DNA of 64,000 nt from an uncultured Victivallales bacterium. GTDB lineage: Bacteria > Verrucomicrobiota > Kiritimatiellia > UBA8416 > CAZWPN01. The translations under genes were made by a program, and so were the position numbers. How positions within the stretch are numbered: position 1 is the first letter of the stretch; each line of letters opens with the position of its first letter. The stretch covers positions 643-64,642 of the forward strand of contig CAZWPN010000005.1 of assembly GCA_964635275.1 (NCBI GenBank), read 5' to 3'. The notes below the pieces were generated by a model. That model saw only the letters and a list, made by a program, of their open reading frames with translations. It searched no databases and had not been told where the DNA came from. Shown here one piece after another: positions 1-10,990 of this stretch.

Positions 1-1
1 C

Positions 2-490
2 GAGGCAGTCGCCGGTGGCGAGGCGGCCGTTGTTGGCTTGAGCACGTCTACGGTTCAGGCAGTTGCTGAGGAGGTTAAACCAGCGATACCTGGGCCGCAG
101 GAAGGGGGCATACCACAGGCAGGTGGGGGCGGGTTGCTCGAATCCAGGATTTCGGCTCGCTTCGACGAACTATGCGGGATGGTTCGTCGCCAGGATTTTG
201 AGTCGGCTGTGGCTCTTGTGGAGCCTGCCTATGTGTCTGAACAAGGGGCCAAAGCGACGCGTATGCGACTACGTTATGTGTTTTCGTACTTGATCGTGAA
301 GGAATCGGATGGCCGTTTGCAGTCCACTATAACAGTATCCGCGGCGGATCGACGCGCCGCATTGGTTCCGTGGATGATGAGTGGAACAGTCAAGAAGGAA
401 TACCCACCCATGAGTTGGGTGTTTGTGGATAACGAATGGTATGTGAGCCTCAAGGGAACGGGCACGTCAAGCACGGCCGGTGATCGCTGA
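2..490 (+). CDS. Hypothetical protein, 5'-partial; the frame is open to the window edge and the listed start is TTG
   Basis: The ORF runs from the first bases with no upstream stop, so the gene probably begins outside the window. No recognisable motifs. Confidence 0.35.
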   Translation, partial: EAVAGGEAAVVGLSTSTVQAVAEEVKPAIPGPQEGGIPQAGGGGLLESRISARFDELCGMVRRQDFESAVALVEPAYVSEQGAKATRMRLRYVFSYLIVKESDGRLQSTITVSAADRRAALVPWMMSGTVKKEYPPMSWVFVDNEWYVSLKGTGTSSTAGDR

Positions 491-539
491 GTGCCGTTGC
501 CCTTGCCTTGCGTTCGTCCGGAGTCCCTAATTCTGGTGC

Positions 540-1637
540 ATGCCGATGGCTGATCCCAAGATATTGGTTCTCAGGGGAGGGGCCATAGGCGACTTTGTCC
601 TGACCCTGCCTGCCTTCGCGATGTTACGGGAACGCTGGCCGAATAGCCGGATCGAAATCGTAGGGTATCCGCACATTGCACAACTGGCTTGTGTCGGGGG
701 GCTGGCTGACGACGTACGGTCACTTGACGCGGCGCGCATTGCAGCGCTGTTTTCCTTGAAGCCAGCCATTCCCTTGGAGTTGGCGTCATACCTCGCTTCG
801 TTCGATATCGTTCTCTCTTATCTATATGATCCTGATGGGACAGTGCAGGACAACATGACGGCTGCTGGGGCAAGGCGCCTCATCTACGGGAACCCTAGGG
901 TTAGCGGGATTCACGCGGCTGATTTTCTGATTCGACCACTTGAATCGCTCGCCATTTATCCCGAAGGTCCCGCCAGTCCACGACTGGCGGTGCGAAGCGA
1001 CTGCAGGGATGCCGGTGTCAGTATCTTGTCAGGATTTGGCCGGCGGGTGGCAATTCTTCACCCGGGTAGCGGCGGCGTGCAAAAGAGGTGGCCGCTGGCG
1101 GGTTTTCTGGCGCTGGCGCAGCTTCTGTCGCGAGAATGCCGCCTTGTTCCGGTCCTTATGCTCGGTGAGGCTGATGACGATATTGCTGTTGCGCTGCAGA
1201 CGGAAGGCGTTGTCTGGCCTGTACTTAGAGGTCTTTCCCTATCGGAGGTGGCTGGAGTCTTGTGTGGCGCGTCGCTCTATGTTGGGAACGATTCCGGCAT
1301 AACGCATCTGGCGGCGGCAGTCGGAACAAAGACCGTTGCATTGTTTGGCGCATCGGACCCGGCGATCTGGGGACCACGAGGTCTGCACGTGAGAGTTTGT
1401 CGTGTGGACCCTCCGGGTGTGCTTGCGGCTGGAACACTTTCCGTGCAAAAGGTGTGGTCCTGCGTCGAAGAGTTCATCAAAATGCAGGCCGACGGGGATT
1501 TCCTGCTTGACGGGGAGGGTGTAATGTCTCAATCTTCGCGTCAATCTATTGGGGCGGTTGAGATTGGGACGGTTGAGAGGGGCCAGTTTCATGTTGAACC
1601 GATTTCTGACCTTGTTTTCCAACGACATCGGCATTGA
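540..1637 (+). CDS. Glycosyltransferase family 9 (LPS heptosyltransferase-like)
   Basis: GT9 hallmarks are present: '[18 protein letters not shown]', '[12 protein letters not shown]' and '[24 protein letters not shown]'. The 3' tail overlaps the mreB start by ~46 bp. Confidence 0.7.
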   Translation: MPMADPKILVLRGGAIGDFVLTLPAFAMLRERWPNSRIEIVGYPHIAQLACVGGLADDVRSLDAARIAALFSLKPAIPLELASYLASFDIVLSYLYDPDGTVQDNMTAAGARRLIYGNPRVSGIHAADFLIRPLESLAIYPEGPASPRLAVRSDCRDAGVSILSGFGRRVAILHPGSGGVQKRWPLAGFLALAQLLSRECRLVPVLMLGEADDDIAVALQTEGVVWPVLRGLSLSEVAGVLCGASLYVGNDSGITHLAAAVGTKTVALFGASDPAIWGPRGLHVRVCRVDPPGVLAAGTLSVQKVWSCVEEFIKMQADGDFLLDGEGVMSQSSRQSIGAVEIGTVERGQFHVEPISDLVFQRHRH

Positions 1638-2616
1638 CCTTGGCACGGCGAATACGCTTGTCTATGTCAAGGATCGCGGCATTGTCCTTCGGGAGCCTTC
1701 AGTTGTTGCGATACAGAAGGGGACCAAACGTGTCCTGGCAGTGGGCGAAGAAGCCAAGCGCATGTTGGGCCGCACGCCTGGCGAGATCGTTGCAATCAGG
1801 CCGATGAAGGCTGGTGTGATCGCCGATTTTGAGATTACAGAGGCCATGCTGCGGCATTTCATCCGAAAGGCCACGACTCCTCACAAGATGGTTAAGCCCC
1901 GCATTATCATTGCCGTGCCCAGCGACATCACCGAGGTGGAGCGTCGTGCTGTGAAGGATTCGGCCACCCATGCAGGGGCGCGTGAGGTGTTTCTGATCGA
2001 AGAGCCGATGGCGGCGGCTATCGGGGTTGGGCTGCCCGTTCAGGAACCGGCGGGCAACATGATAGTTGATATTGGCGGCGGCACCACCGAGGTGGCGCTG
2101 ATTTCACTTGCTGGCATCGTCTTCAGCCGCTCGGTTCGTGTGGGCGGCGATGAGATGGATGAGTGCATTGTGCAATACATGAAGCGGGTGTATAACTTGC
2201 TGATCGGTGAGCGAACGGCGGAGGAAATCAAGATCAAGATGGGTTCCGCCTATCCGCTGGAGGAAGAGACCACCATGGAGGTGAAGGGGCGCGATTTGGT
2301 GGCAGGATTGCCAAAGACGCTGACCGTGACCTCCGAGGAAATCCGCGAGGCTTTACAGGAACCGATATCCTCGATCGTGGATGCCATTCGCGTAACGCTG
2401 GAACGATGTCCGCCGGAGCTGTCGGCCGACCTCGTGGACCGTGGGATGGTCCTGGCCGGCGGCGGAGCGCTTCTGCGAAGCATCGACAAGTTGATCGCCG
2501 AACAGACCGGGTTGCCGGTTCACGTCGCCGACGATCCGCTGAGTGCGGTCGCCGAGGGAACGGGTGTTGTTCTGAGCGAGCTGGATTTTCTACGCAAGAC
2601 GGTTGAGCGCAGTTAG
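1591..2616 (+). CDS. mreB: Rod shape-determining actin homolog MreB
   Basis: The N-terminus '[26 protein letters not shown]' is classic MreB. Actin-fold motifs '[10 protein letters not shown]' and 'VLAGGGALL' are present. It sits upstream of mreC and mreD. Confidence 0.92.
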   Translation: MLNRFLTLFSNDIGIDLGTANTLVYVKDRGIVLREPSVVAIQKGTKRVLAVGEEAKRMLGRTPGEIVAIRPMKAGVIADFEITEAMLRHFIRKATTPHKMVKPRIIIAVPSDITEVERRAVKDSATHAGAREVFLIEEPMAAAIGVGLPVQEPAGNMIVDIGGGTTEVALISLAGIVFSRSVRVGGDEMDECIVQYMKRVYNLLIGERTAEEIKIKMGSAYPLEEETTMEVKGRDLVAGLPKTLTVTSEEIREALQEPISSIVDAIRVTLERCPPELSADLVDRGMVLAGGGALLRSIDKLIAEQTGLPVHVADDPLSAVAEGTGVVLSELDFLRKTVERS

Positions 2617-2722
2617 TGTTGGGTGGCGCTCCGTCGAGTCTCGTCTTCACTTCCCGGTTGGCAGGCTAGCCTGCCGTCAGGCTGGTGCCATTCTTGAATG
2701 ACGCCGGCCCGGTCTGGAGGAC

Positions 2723-3556
2723 GTGTTGAGACGCGTGGCGGTTTTCTTGGTTATAGTTGCCGGGATTGCCATCATACTCATCAATCTGCCCCCCGCCGGA
2801 TCGCAGCAAACCAAGTCCTTCCTGTCCGAACTGGTGACTCCGTTTCATGTGTCCGCCCGCAGCGGAGTTGCCTGGGTTCGTGATTTGTTCAGCTCGGTGG
2901 GTAGAATCAGTGAGGCCCTCGACAGGAATAGAAAACTGGAGACGGAGGTCGCCATCCTCCGACAGCGGATTGACGGCTTGCAGGCGTTGGCGCGTGAGAA
3001 CGATCAACTGCGGCAGCAACTGACATTCAAGAAACGTCGAAGTCAACGGGTAGTGCTTGGTGAAGTTACCGCGCGCGACGATGTGAGCGGGTGGTGGCGT
3101 TCGGTGCGAATCAACTGCGGAACTGCCGATGGCGTTGCTGCCAACCGGCCTGTGGTAACAACACAAGGGCTGGTCGGTAAGACGCTGAACCCGTCGCGCA
3201 ATTCCTGCGATGTGCTCCTGCTAACGGACCCGACTCTGAAGGTGAGCTGTCTGCTTCCCCGGTCAGGCGGGCATGGCATTCTGAAAGGGATGGGTGTGCT
3301 CCCTGCGTCGAGGGGCACGATGGAGCTTATGTGTCCGCCTCAGCCGTTTCGGGTCGACTATGTTGCACTCGAACATGAGATCCAGCCCGGAGACGAAGTG
3401 CTTACGTCTGGTCTGGGAGGGGTCTATCCGGGCGGGGTGGTTGTTGGGTACGTTAAGGCGGTGTACGTTGAGCCAGGAGGCTTGTACCGGACCGCAACGG
3501 TTGTGCCGTCGGCCGATCTGGGCGCGCTGCAATATGTATTCGTTCTAGTGGAGTAG
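2723..3556 (+). CDS. mreC: Rod shape-determining protein MreC
   Basis: N-terminal TM helix, then a coiled-coil ('LRQRIDGLQALARENDQLRQQL'), then a beta-rich C-terminus. Positioned between mreB and mreD. Confidence 0.8.
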   Translation: MLRRVAVFLVIVAGIAIILINLPPAGSQQTKSFLSELVTPFHVSARSGVAWVRDLFSSVGRISEALDRNRKLETEVAILRQRIDGLQALARENDQLRQQLTFKKRRSQRVVLGEVTARDDVSGWWRSVRINCGTADGVAANRPVVTTQGLVGKTLNPSRNSCDVLLLTDPTLKVSCLLPRSGGHGILKGMGVLPASRGTMELMCPPQPFRVDYVALEHEIQPGDEVLTSGLGGVYPGGVVVGYVKAVYVEPGGLYRTATVVPSADLGALQYVFVLVE

Positions 3557-3591
3557 TGAAGAGTGAAAAGCCATCAAGAGGCGCGTTAAGG

Positions 3592-4086
3592 ATGAGCCGA
3601 CCGGTCATTGTTGTTTTCATGATAATCCTTTGCGCTGTTCTCCAGATAGGGATGCCCTGCGCGAGTCTGTTCGCGAATGCCAAGGCGCCGTTTCTGGCGG
3701 CGGTGGTGGTCTACTATGGCGCAAGCGGTTCGATGGCGACTGCGTGTTCGGTGGCTGTTGCGGCGGGACTCATTCACGACGCCATGAGTCCTATTCCACT
3801 GGGGTATTCGGTGCTTGTGTTCGGCCTGCTTGCACTGCTTTCCTCGGAGTTGCGCCGGGTAGTTGACATGGATCAGTGGATTGCCAGATGGATCATGGGG
3901 CTCTTGGCGGGTGCATCCACGACAGTGTTCTTCGGTGTCCTGTTGAGCAGGCACGGCCTGATGGAATGTGGGCCGGGCGCATTGACTGCAAGAGTGATTG
4001 GAACCGCTTTGATGGGGATGCCGCTGGTACCGCTGGTCTACGCTACCGCCAGCGGATTGCATCGGTTGACATCGGAGCGGGCGTGA
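3592..4086 (+). CDS. mreD: Rod shape-determining protein MreD (polytopic membrane protein)
   Basis: Small, multi-TM and hydrophobic, located between mreC and PBP2. The start was chosen at 'MSRPVIVV', so the exact start is uncertain. Confidence 0.6.
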   Translation: MSRPVIVVFMIILCAVLQIGMPCASLFANAKAPFLAAVVVYYGASGSMATACSVAVAAGLIHDAMSPIPLGYSVLVFGLLALLSSELRRVVDMDQWIARWIMGLLAGASTTVFFGVLLSRHGLMECGPGALTARVIGTALMGMPLVPLVYATASGLHRLTSERA

Positions 4087-4092
4087 GGATGC

Positions 4093-5913
4093 ATGGATAT
4101 CGGTCTGAATGAACAGGCGTTAGGCGAGCGGTTTAGAGTCCAGTTGCTGATGCTGGGCGTAGCTGTTGTCGTGCTGGTGCTGTTTGTGGCGCTGTGGCGT
4201 ACGCAGGTCGTGGGTGCGGAAGGATACACGACAAGTTTGAACCGGCAGAGCATACGTCGCGTGCGGCTGCCTGCCACCCGGGGCATGATTCTTGACCGCT
4301 ATGGTGAATGTTTGGCGCGGAATCGGCCGTGCTATTCGATAGTGGTCTATGTTGAAGAACTGCGCCAACCGGGCAACTGGCGCAACACGCATCGCGAGGT
4401 TATGCGGACACTCGCGGCGGTGACCCGGTTGATAGGACAGGAGCCCAGCGTAGGGGATGCGGAAGTCCGGAGGCATGTGAGCCGACGGATTCCTCTGCCG
4501 CTGGTGGCGTGGAAAGATGTGCAGACAAACATGTTGGCCCGCTTTTCCGAGCACGCTGACGGCCTGGGCGGCGTCGATATTTTCGCGGAGCCGGTCCGAT
4601 GCTATCCGCAGGGAACTCTGGCGTCGCACTTGATTGGGTACGTTGGCAAGTCGAGTGGCGCTGAGGAATCGGCGGAGACGGATGACGAAACCTATCACTT
4701 CTATCTGCCAGACGTGCGTGGCCGGAACGGGATCGAGAGGGCGTTTGACTCCGTGCTGAGTGGTATTGCAGGCGGGGAACTCATCCAGGTGGACGCTACT
4801 GGTTTCAAGCGAGAGGGCGTGAGCCGCAGGGAGCCGGTGTCTGGGCAGGACCTGCGTCTGACCATGGATGTTCGCGTTCAGCGGCTGGCCGAGCGGGCGG
4901 TCATGGGGGATCGCGGCGCAGTAGTCGTGATGGACCCCAGAAGCGGCGACGTAATCGCCATGGCGAGTTCGCCGACGTTTGATCCCAATCGCTTCACCCC
5001 GGTTATAGCGGAGAACGAATGGAAAGCGCTTCTGGCGGACGAAGCGCATCCACTTCTGAACCGAGCTGTGGCCGGATTGTATGCACCTGGTAGCACCTTC
5101 AAGCCGGTGGTGGCCCTTGCGGCCCTTGCCGAGGACATGGATGTGTGTAATACCATCTACGATTGCCCAGGTTACTTTGAGGTGGGGGGGAAAAGGTTTG
5201 CTTGCTGGCAGACGGTTGGGCATGGCCCGGTGGGAATAAACAAGGCCATTGAGCAGTCGTGCAATGTCTTTTTTTGCCAACTGGGGCTGCGGATTGGAGC
5301 TGACAGCATCTACGCCATGGCCGCAAGTCTTGGTTTCGGGCGAAAGACTGGCATTGAACTCGGAGGTGAACTTGCCGGCTTGCTCCCAGATGACCGGTGG
5401 AAACGCGCTCGGATGCGTGAAGGTTGGCGTGGAGGCGACACCTGCAACCTCGCCATCGGGCAGGGTTTCCTTGGGGTGACACCCATACAGATGGCTGTGT
5501 ATGTCTCGGCCATTGCAAACGGCGGGAGACTGCTTAAGCCGAGGCTGGTTCAGTCCGAGCCCATGGCGGGCATGGTCCAGAGCCGCGTCCAGTGGCCGGC
5601 GGGAGTGCTCGACGTGGTGCGCCGAGGCATGCATGATGTCATCGAGTCGCCTGACGGGAGCGGGAAGCGGGCGCGAGTTGCGGGTGTTGAGATGGCTGGG
5701 AAGACAGGCACTGCGGAGTACGAGGTTCGGTCTGAGCGGCGAAAATATGCGTGGATGATTCTATACGCGCCCTATGATGAACCTCGTTATGCGGTGGTGA
5801 TGGTTCTGGAGAACGAGGTGTCCGGCGGCGTATCCGTGGCGCCGCGCCTGCACGAAATCATGGAAGGAGTGTTTCTAATGGAGACGGCTCCATTCGTTCG
5901 AGGGAGGACCTGA
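4093..5913 (+). CDS. mrdA: Penicillin-binding protein 2 (peptidoglycan D,D-transpeptidase MrdA)
   Basis: TM anchor, PBP dimerisation region, and transpeptidase motifs 'GSTFKP' (SxxK) and 'KTGTAE' (KTG). It is followed by rodA. Confidence 0.88.
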   Translation: MDIGLNEQALGERFRVQLLMLGVAVVVLVLFVALWRTQVVGAEGYTTSLNRQSIRRVRLPATRGMILDRYGECLARNRPCYSIVVYVEELRQPGNWRNTHREVMRTLAAVTRLIGQEPSVGDAEVRRHVSRRIPLPLVAWKDVQTNMLARFSEHADGLGGVDIFAEPVRCYPQGTLASHLIGYVGKSSGAEESAETDDETYHFYLPDVRGRNGIERAFDSVLSGIAGGELIQVDATGFKREGVSRREPVSGQDLRLTMDVRVQRLAERAVMGDRGAVVVMDPRSGDVIAMASSPTFDPNRFTPVIAENEWKALLADEAHPLLNRAVAGLYAPGSTFKPVVALAALAEDMDVCNTIYDCPGYFEVGGKRFACWQTVGHGPVGINKAIEQSCNVFFCQLGLRIGADSIYAMAASLGFGRKTGIELGGELAGLLPDDRWKRARMREGWRGGDTCNLAIGQGFLGVTPIQMAVYVSAIANGGRLLKPRLVQSEPMAGMVQSRVQWPAGVLDVVRRGMHDVIESPDGSGKRARVAGVEMAGKTGTAEYEVRSERRKYAWMILYAPYDEPRYAVVMVLENEVSGGVSVAPRLHEIMEGVFLMETAPFVRGRT

Positions 5914-5917
5914 CAAA

Positions 5918-7141
5918 ATGGGACGGTCGGGATTCGGCATGTTTGGGAGCATGAACTGGGCGTTGACGGCCACTGTCGTGGTGTTGCTGTCTATCGGTGT
6001 CGCCTTCATCTTCAGTGCGTGCAATGTGGATGACACCTCATCCCGCCCCCTGCATCGCCGTCAACTGGTATGGATCGCGGTGGGTGTGGCTGGTTACCTG
6101 GCAATGGCCTACCAGCACTACCGCCGCATGACCCGTGCCTCTCTGGTGTTCTACGTTGGCGCGCTGGCGTTGCTCGTCTTGGTGCTCCTGGTGGGACACC
6201 GTATTTATGGCGCCAGACGATGGTTGCTGGTTGGGGGCATGACGATCCAGCCATCTGAACTTGCCAAGATCTCGACCATCCTGCTTCTGGCGGAGTATCT
6301 GGGTTCTCTGGCGCCGCAGATCGCGTCGCGGCGGACGCTGTTCACGGTTCTCGCTATCATAGGAGCGCCGATGATTCTGATCATGAGGGAGCCGGACCTT
6401 GGCACTGCGATGGTCTTCATCCCGGTGACTGCCAGCATGCTTTTCGTGGCCGGTCTTCCGTGGCGTTACTGGGCAGCGATCACGGCGGGAGGGGTTGGGG
6501 TCGTCCTCATGGTGCTATCGGTGCTCTTTCTGCCAGGGCTCGTCGGCGTGAGCGCCGACGGGCAGCAGCGGATAATGAAGACGTTTGGACTCAAGGACTA
6601 TCACAGGGAACGAATCCTTGTCTTTGCGCAATCCGAGCGTGATCCACTGGGGAAGGGATGGAACAAGCGGCAATCGCTCATAGCGATAGGGTCAGGTGGG
6701 TTTTGGGGTAAGGGATTTCGGAAGGGAACCCAGAACATCCTGGGGTATCTGCCGCGTTCCGTTGCGCCCACGGATTTCATATACTCGGTCGTTGCCGAAG
6801 AAACGGGGTTTGTTGGTTCGTGCATTGTTGTCACACTGTTCGGGGTGGTGTTTGTCACGGGGTTGTATACGGCATTGATCGCACGGGACCGTGTGGGGCG
6901 GCTGTTCTGTACGGGGTTCGTTGTGTTGCTGCTAAGTCATGTTTTCGTCAACATCGGGATGACGGTTGGGATACTGCCGATTACCGGGGTGCCCCTGCCG
7001 TTGGTGAGTTATGGAGGTACGTTCATGGTAATGGTCCTGATCGGACTCGGACTCATTCAGAGCGTGCACATTCGTGCGCGCATGGGAAGCTGGGCAGATG
7101 CCAGTAAAGCACCGGGACTGTCGCTGCCGTTCGGGCGCTAG
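5918..7141 (+). CDS. rodA: SEDS-family peptidoglycan glycosyltransferase RodA
   Basis: A 10-TM SEDS protein with 'SEL(A)KI' and 'GGTFMVMVLIGLGL' motifs. It sits immediately downstream of PBP2. Confidence 0.85.
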   Translation: MGRSGFGMFGSMNWALTATVVVLLSIGVAFIFSACNVDDTSSRPLHRRQLVWIAVGVAGYLAMAYQHYRRMTRASLVFYVGALALLVLVLLVGHRIYGARRWLLVGGMTIQPSELAKISTILLLAEYLGSLAPQIASRRTLFTVLAIIGAPMILIMREPDLGTAMVFIPVTASMLFVAGLPWRYWAAITAGGVGVVLMVLSVLFLPGLVGVSADGQQRIMKTFGLKDYHRERILVFAQSERDPLGKGWNKRQSLIAIGSGGFWGKGFRKGTQNILGYLPRSVAPTDFIYSVVAEETGFVGSCIVVTLFGVVFVTGLYTALIARDRVGRLFCTGFVVLLLSHVFVNIGMTVGILPITGVPLPLVSYGGTFMVMVLIGLGLIQSVHIRARMGSWADASKAPGLSLPFGR

Positions 7142-7185
7142 GGCCGAGGGCCGCGGCGAAACAAGTCAAGGAAAGGCAGGTAACT

Positions 7186-8760
7186 ATGTTCGGATGGGGA
7201 TTGCGTAGTCGAAGCAAGCGTGAAATCATCATAAACTCGGAGGATTTGGAAACACGCGTGGCGGTAATGGACAATGGGAAGCTGGATGAGTACCAGGTTG
7301 AGCATCCTACCGAGGAGCGCATGGTAGGCAGCATCTTCAAGGGTAGGATTCAGAATCTTGAGAATGATCTGCAGGCGGCTTTTGTGGATATAGGGATGCG
7401 AAAGAACGCCTTCCTGCACTACTGGGACATGATTCCGGACGATGACCCGCTGCTCGAGCTTGATGATGAGGTGCGAAGCCGGATGCCCAAGAAACGGCGC
7501 TATAGCAACGAAGAGATTCGTGAACGTTTTCCGCCTGGATCCGAAACCGTTGTACAGGTGACGAAGGGACCGATCGGCACAAAGGGACCACGTGTGACCG
7601 CGAGTCTAAGCATACCGGGGCGGTATTTGGTCATGATACCCGGGGCAAAGACAAAGGGAATTTCGCGCAAGATTGCCGATGAGAAAGAGAGGCAAAGGTT
7701 AAAGAAGATCCTCTCACGACTGGAAGCCCCGGCCAACACCGGGCTCATCGTGCGGACGGTCGGCGCCGGCGCTCGCAAGAGCAGTTTTGTTACCGACATG
7801 GAAGGCCTGACGGCGAAGTGGGATGCACTGCAGAAGGCTGTGCGGGAGCAGCCTGCGCCAAGTTGCATCTACCAGGAGCCCGATCTTGTGGAACGTGTTA
7901 TCCGGGACTGGGTTACGGATGATGTGGATCGCGTCGTAATTGATTCGCCAAAGAACTATGAGCGAATCCGTAACGTCGCGGCGCAACTTGGCCGCCGGGT
8001 CCGGGGGCGCATTCAGCTTTACGAAGGAGAGTTGCCTATCTTCGACCACCACGAGGTCGAGCGCCAGCTCGAGGAAACCTTCCGGCGGCAGGTCCCTCTC
8101 AAGTCCGGCGGTTGCATTGTGATTGACGAGACGGAGGCGCTGGTGGCCATCGACGTCAACACGGGCCGGTACAAAGGCAAGGGATCTCAGGAGCAGTCTA
8201 TTCTGGAGGTCAACACTGAGGCCGTTGAGGAGGTTGCACGACAGTTGCGGCTGCGTAACATCGGCGGACTGGTGGTGATTGACCTGATTGACATGAAGGC
8301 GCGCAAGAATCAGGTGACCGTGTACCGGGCGATGAAGGATGCCCTGAAGCGGGACAAGGCCAAGGTGAACGTGATGCCGATTTCCGAACTCGGCATTATG
8401 GAGATGAGCCGCCAGCGGGTCGAGGAGAGCATTCTTTCTTCCATGTACATGGACTGTCCGTACTGCAAAGGCCATGGACTCGTCAAGGCCCCGCTGGGCA
8501 TCAGCGTGGAGGTTCAGCGCCAGATTAGAGCCATTTTCCGCCGACGGCGCAAGCAGGACCAGCCGGTTTCATTGCTGGTCGTGCTTCATCCCACAGTGTT
8601 GGAGCGCATGCGGCGGGAGGATGAGCAACTGCTCGTGGAGTTGGAGGGTGAGTATGGCGGGCGCTTGAGCTTCAAGTCCGATCCGACAAAACACATGGAA
8701 TTCTTTGCAATCAAGGACGCAGCAAAGGACGAAGTCTTGTATTCGACGAGCGAACAATGA
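7186..8760 (+). CDS. rng: Ribonuclease G/E family endoribonuclease (RNase G-like)
   Basis: S1 domain 'GSIFKGRIQNLENDLQAAFVDIG', the catalytic core 'IDVNTGRY' and 'LGGLVVIDLIDM', and a Zn-link 'CPYCKGHG'. The ~524 aa length is typical of RNase G. Confidence 0.82.
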   Translation: MFGWGLRSRSKREIIINSEDLETRVAVMDNGKLDEYQVEHPTEERMVGSIFKGRIQNLENDLQAAFVDIGMRKNAFLHYWDMIPDDDPLLELDDEVRSRMPKKRRYSNEEIRERFPPGSETVVQVTKGPIGTKGPRVTASLSIPGRYLVMIPGAKTKGISRKIADEKERQRLKKILSRLEAPANTGLIVRTVGAGARKSSFVTDMEGLTAKWDALQKAVREQPAPSCIYQEPDLVERVIRDWVTDDVDRVVIDSPKNYERIRNVAAQLGRRVRGRIQLYEGELPIFDHHEVERQLEETFRRQVPLKSGGCIVIDETEALVAIDVNTGRYKGKGSQEQSILEVNTEAVEEVARQLRLRNIGGLVVIDLIDMKARKNQVTVYRAMKDALKRDKAKVNVMPISELGIMEMSRQRVEESILSSMYMDCPYCKGHGLVKAPLGISVEVQRQIRAIFRRRRKQDQPVSLLVVLHPTVLERMRREDEQLLVELEGEYGGRLSFKSDPTKHMEFFAIKDAAKDEVLYSTSEQ

Positions 8761-10949
8761 TGCTTTCAGGCACCACCTTGCGTTGCCGGGCCGCAAGAGC
8801 CCTGGCGTTGGCTGTCTTGCTGTCGTCGTCGGCTTCGGCGGCCACCGGCCTCGGCTCCGCCTTGTCTTTCGGGCTGGCACCGACCACTAACGCGCCGATC
8901 CTCGCAAATGGCGAACGCGTCGAGATGGATAAACTAACGGGATGGGTTACGGTGTCAGGCAAGGCCATAGTAAGCTGGGGCGAAGAGACGCTCCAGGCTG
9001 ACCGGATTCGTGTCAATACGACGAACCGGGTAATGGAGGCCGACGGCCACGTCGTACTGACGCGGCCTTCTGGCCGATGGACCGGTGACAAGCTGACGTA
9101 CCGGTTCGGATCCGATTCGGGTGAGGCCCAAGGGATGGCTGGCACCGCGGATCCGTTCCGGGTCTGGGCGTCGCATGTCGATCGGGTATCACGAACGGAG
9201 AGCCGCCTGAAGGACGCGACGATCACCACATGCACCAACGAGAAGCACAGCCTGCATTTCTTGATCAAGGCCAGGGAACTTGACATCAAGGATGGCGAAT
9301 CGCTGGGCGCCAGAGGCGCAACATGGTACATGGGGCCCGTCCCGGTATTTTATCTTCCGGTGTGGCGCCGTAATCTTAGGGCGGAATCGGGTTGGCATTT
9401 TCGCCCGGGATACGATTCGCGCATGGGCGCCTTTCTCCTCTCCTCATACCGGCAGGGCCTTTTCCCATGGCTCCGCAGTGAGACACACATAGACTATCGT
9501 TCCTCCCGTGGTTGGGCTGCGGGAGAGGATCTGCTGTGGCGTGGGGAGGACTTCAGAGGGTCGATCAGAGGGTACTATGCCGACGACCTGGATCCTTTGG
9601 ATCCGAACGACGACCCTTTGCTGGACAGCTTGGGAAGCGAACGATACCGCATAGGGCTTCGCCATGAGTGGGCGATGAGTCCCAAGGATCAGTGGCACAT
9701 TCGTGCAGACTACCTTAGCGACACGGATGTTCTCGAGGACTTCTTTGAACTGGAGTCCCTGGAGAGACGGCAGCCGGAGAATTTCGTAGCGTTCACTCAT
9801 CGTGAGGATTCCTTCTCGGTCAGCGCCATAGTCATCCAGCGATTGAACGACTTCTATGCCACACTCAACCGACAGCCGGAGGTGGCGGTGGACGTTTCCC
9901 GACAATCGATCGCCGGAAGCGACATATACTACGCGGGGCGCACTGCCGCTGCTATGCTCGAGCAGACTGCGATCAGCCAGCTTTCGGGTGAGCCGTATTC
10001 GGCGTTCCGGCTCGACTCGGACCATGTGCTGTACTACCCGAAGACGTACGCCGGGTTCCTCAATGTTGTCCCCCGGTTCGGATACCGGGCGACGTACTAT
10101 TCAGTTACACGGGAATTCGATGCGGTGTCGTCAGGCACCGGAACGGTTGAAGACAGCACCACGTTCATTGAGTCGGAAGGCGGCGGTCGTCTTAGGTCCG
10201 TATTCGAGGCCGGCGTGGAAACCTCGTTCAGAGCCTTCCGCGTTTGGCTGAATGACGGCGACCCGATCCGGCATGTGGTCGAGCCGTATGCGAACCTGAC
10301 AATCGTTCCGGAGCCTACACTGACAGCGGACAAGTTGCTCCAATTCGACGACACGGATGGGTTGGCGGAGGTGCGGACGGTTCGCTTCGGAGTTCGCAAC
10401 AAGCTGCAGACAAAACGCGAGAATATGGCGCGCGACTGGATCGACGTTAACTTGTACGCGGACTGGGATCTCATGGCGAAAGGGGAGGAGGAGCCTGTGC
10501 CCTTTGCCTATCTTGCAGCGGACATAACGCCGATCGACTGGTTTCGCATCGATCTTGACGCCAAGTATGATGTGGAGTTGGAGAAGATATCGAAAGCAGA
10601 CCTGCGTCTCTACTGCGATCCAGGGCGATGGTGGAGCGCGGCCGTCGGCTATCGTTTTCGCAATGAGTCCAGCCAGTTGTTGAGCGCGGAGCTGAGTCTC
10701 AAGCCGCTACGCAGTTGGACGGTAACTTCCGGAACTCGCTATGAGTTTGAGGGTGACGGCCAACTGCAGGAGCAGAGCGCAGCGGTTCAGTATAACTGGG
10801 ATTGCATGGCCCTGCGGGTTGGTGGTCGTGTGATTCCAGGATACACCCTGAGCAATGGCGGAGATGTTCCTGACGAATGGCGGGTGATGGTTGAGTTCTG
10901 GTTCACGGCCTTTCCGGAATTTGGCATCAGTGGACGAAGTGGTCTGTAG
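8757..10949 (+). CDS. lptD: LPS-assembly outer-membrane protein LptD (OstA family)
   Basis: Signal peptide, an OstA-like N-terminal domain ('ADRIRVNTTNRVMEADGHVVLT...WTGDKLTY'), and a large C-terminal beta-barrel with aromatic-rich strands. Confidence 0.7.
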   Translation: MMLSGTTLRCRAARALALAVLLSSSASAATGLGSALSFGLAPTTNAPILANGERVEMDKLTGWVTVSGKAIVSWGEETLQADRIRVNTTNRVMEADGHVVLTRPSGRWTGDKLTYRFGSDSGEAQGMAGTADPFRVWASHVDRVSRTESRLKDATITTCTNEKHSLHFLIKARELDIKDGESLGARGATWYMGPVPVFYLPVWRRNLRAESGWHFRPGYDSRMGAFLLSSYRQGLFPWLRSETHIDYRSSRGWAAGEDLLWRGEDFRGSIRGYYADDLDPLDPNDDPLLDSLGSERYRIGLRHEWAMSPKDQWHIRADYLSDTDVLEDFFELESLERRQPENFVAFTHREDSFSVSAIVIQRLNDFYATLNRQPEVAVDVSRQSIAGSDIYYAGRTAAAMLEQTAISQLSGEPYSAFRLDSDHVLYYPKTYAGFLNVVPRFGYRATYYSVTREFDAVSSGTGTVEDSTTFIESEGGGRLRSVFEAGVETSFRAFRVWLNDGDPIRHVVEPYANLTIVPEPTLTADKLLQFDDTDGLAEVRTVRFGVRNKLQTKRENMARDWIDVNLYADWDLMAKGEEEPVPFAYLAADITPIDWFRIDLDAKYDVELEKISKADLRLYCDPGRWWSAAVGYRFRNESSQLLSAELSLKPLRSWTVTSGTRYEFEGDGQLQEQSAAVQYNWDCMALRVGGRVIPGYTLSNGGDVPDEWRVMVEFWFTAFPEFGISGRSGL

Positions 10950-10990
10950 TGCTGGCGGGAAGCAGGTTCTCGAGGCAAAGGGGTGTGCAT

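Noticed and set aside
4120-5634. A 504-aa ORF on the minus strand
   Set aside because: It is entirely antisense to the well-supported mrdA (PBP2) gene. It is low-complexity and Arg/Pro/His-rich, a typical high-GC antisense artefact.
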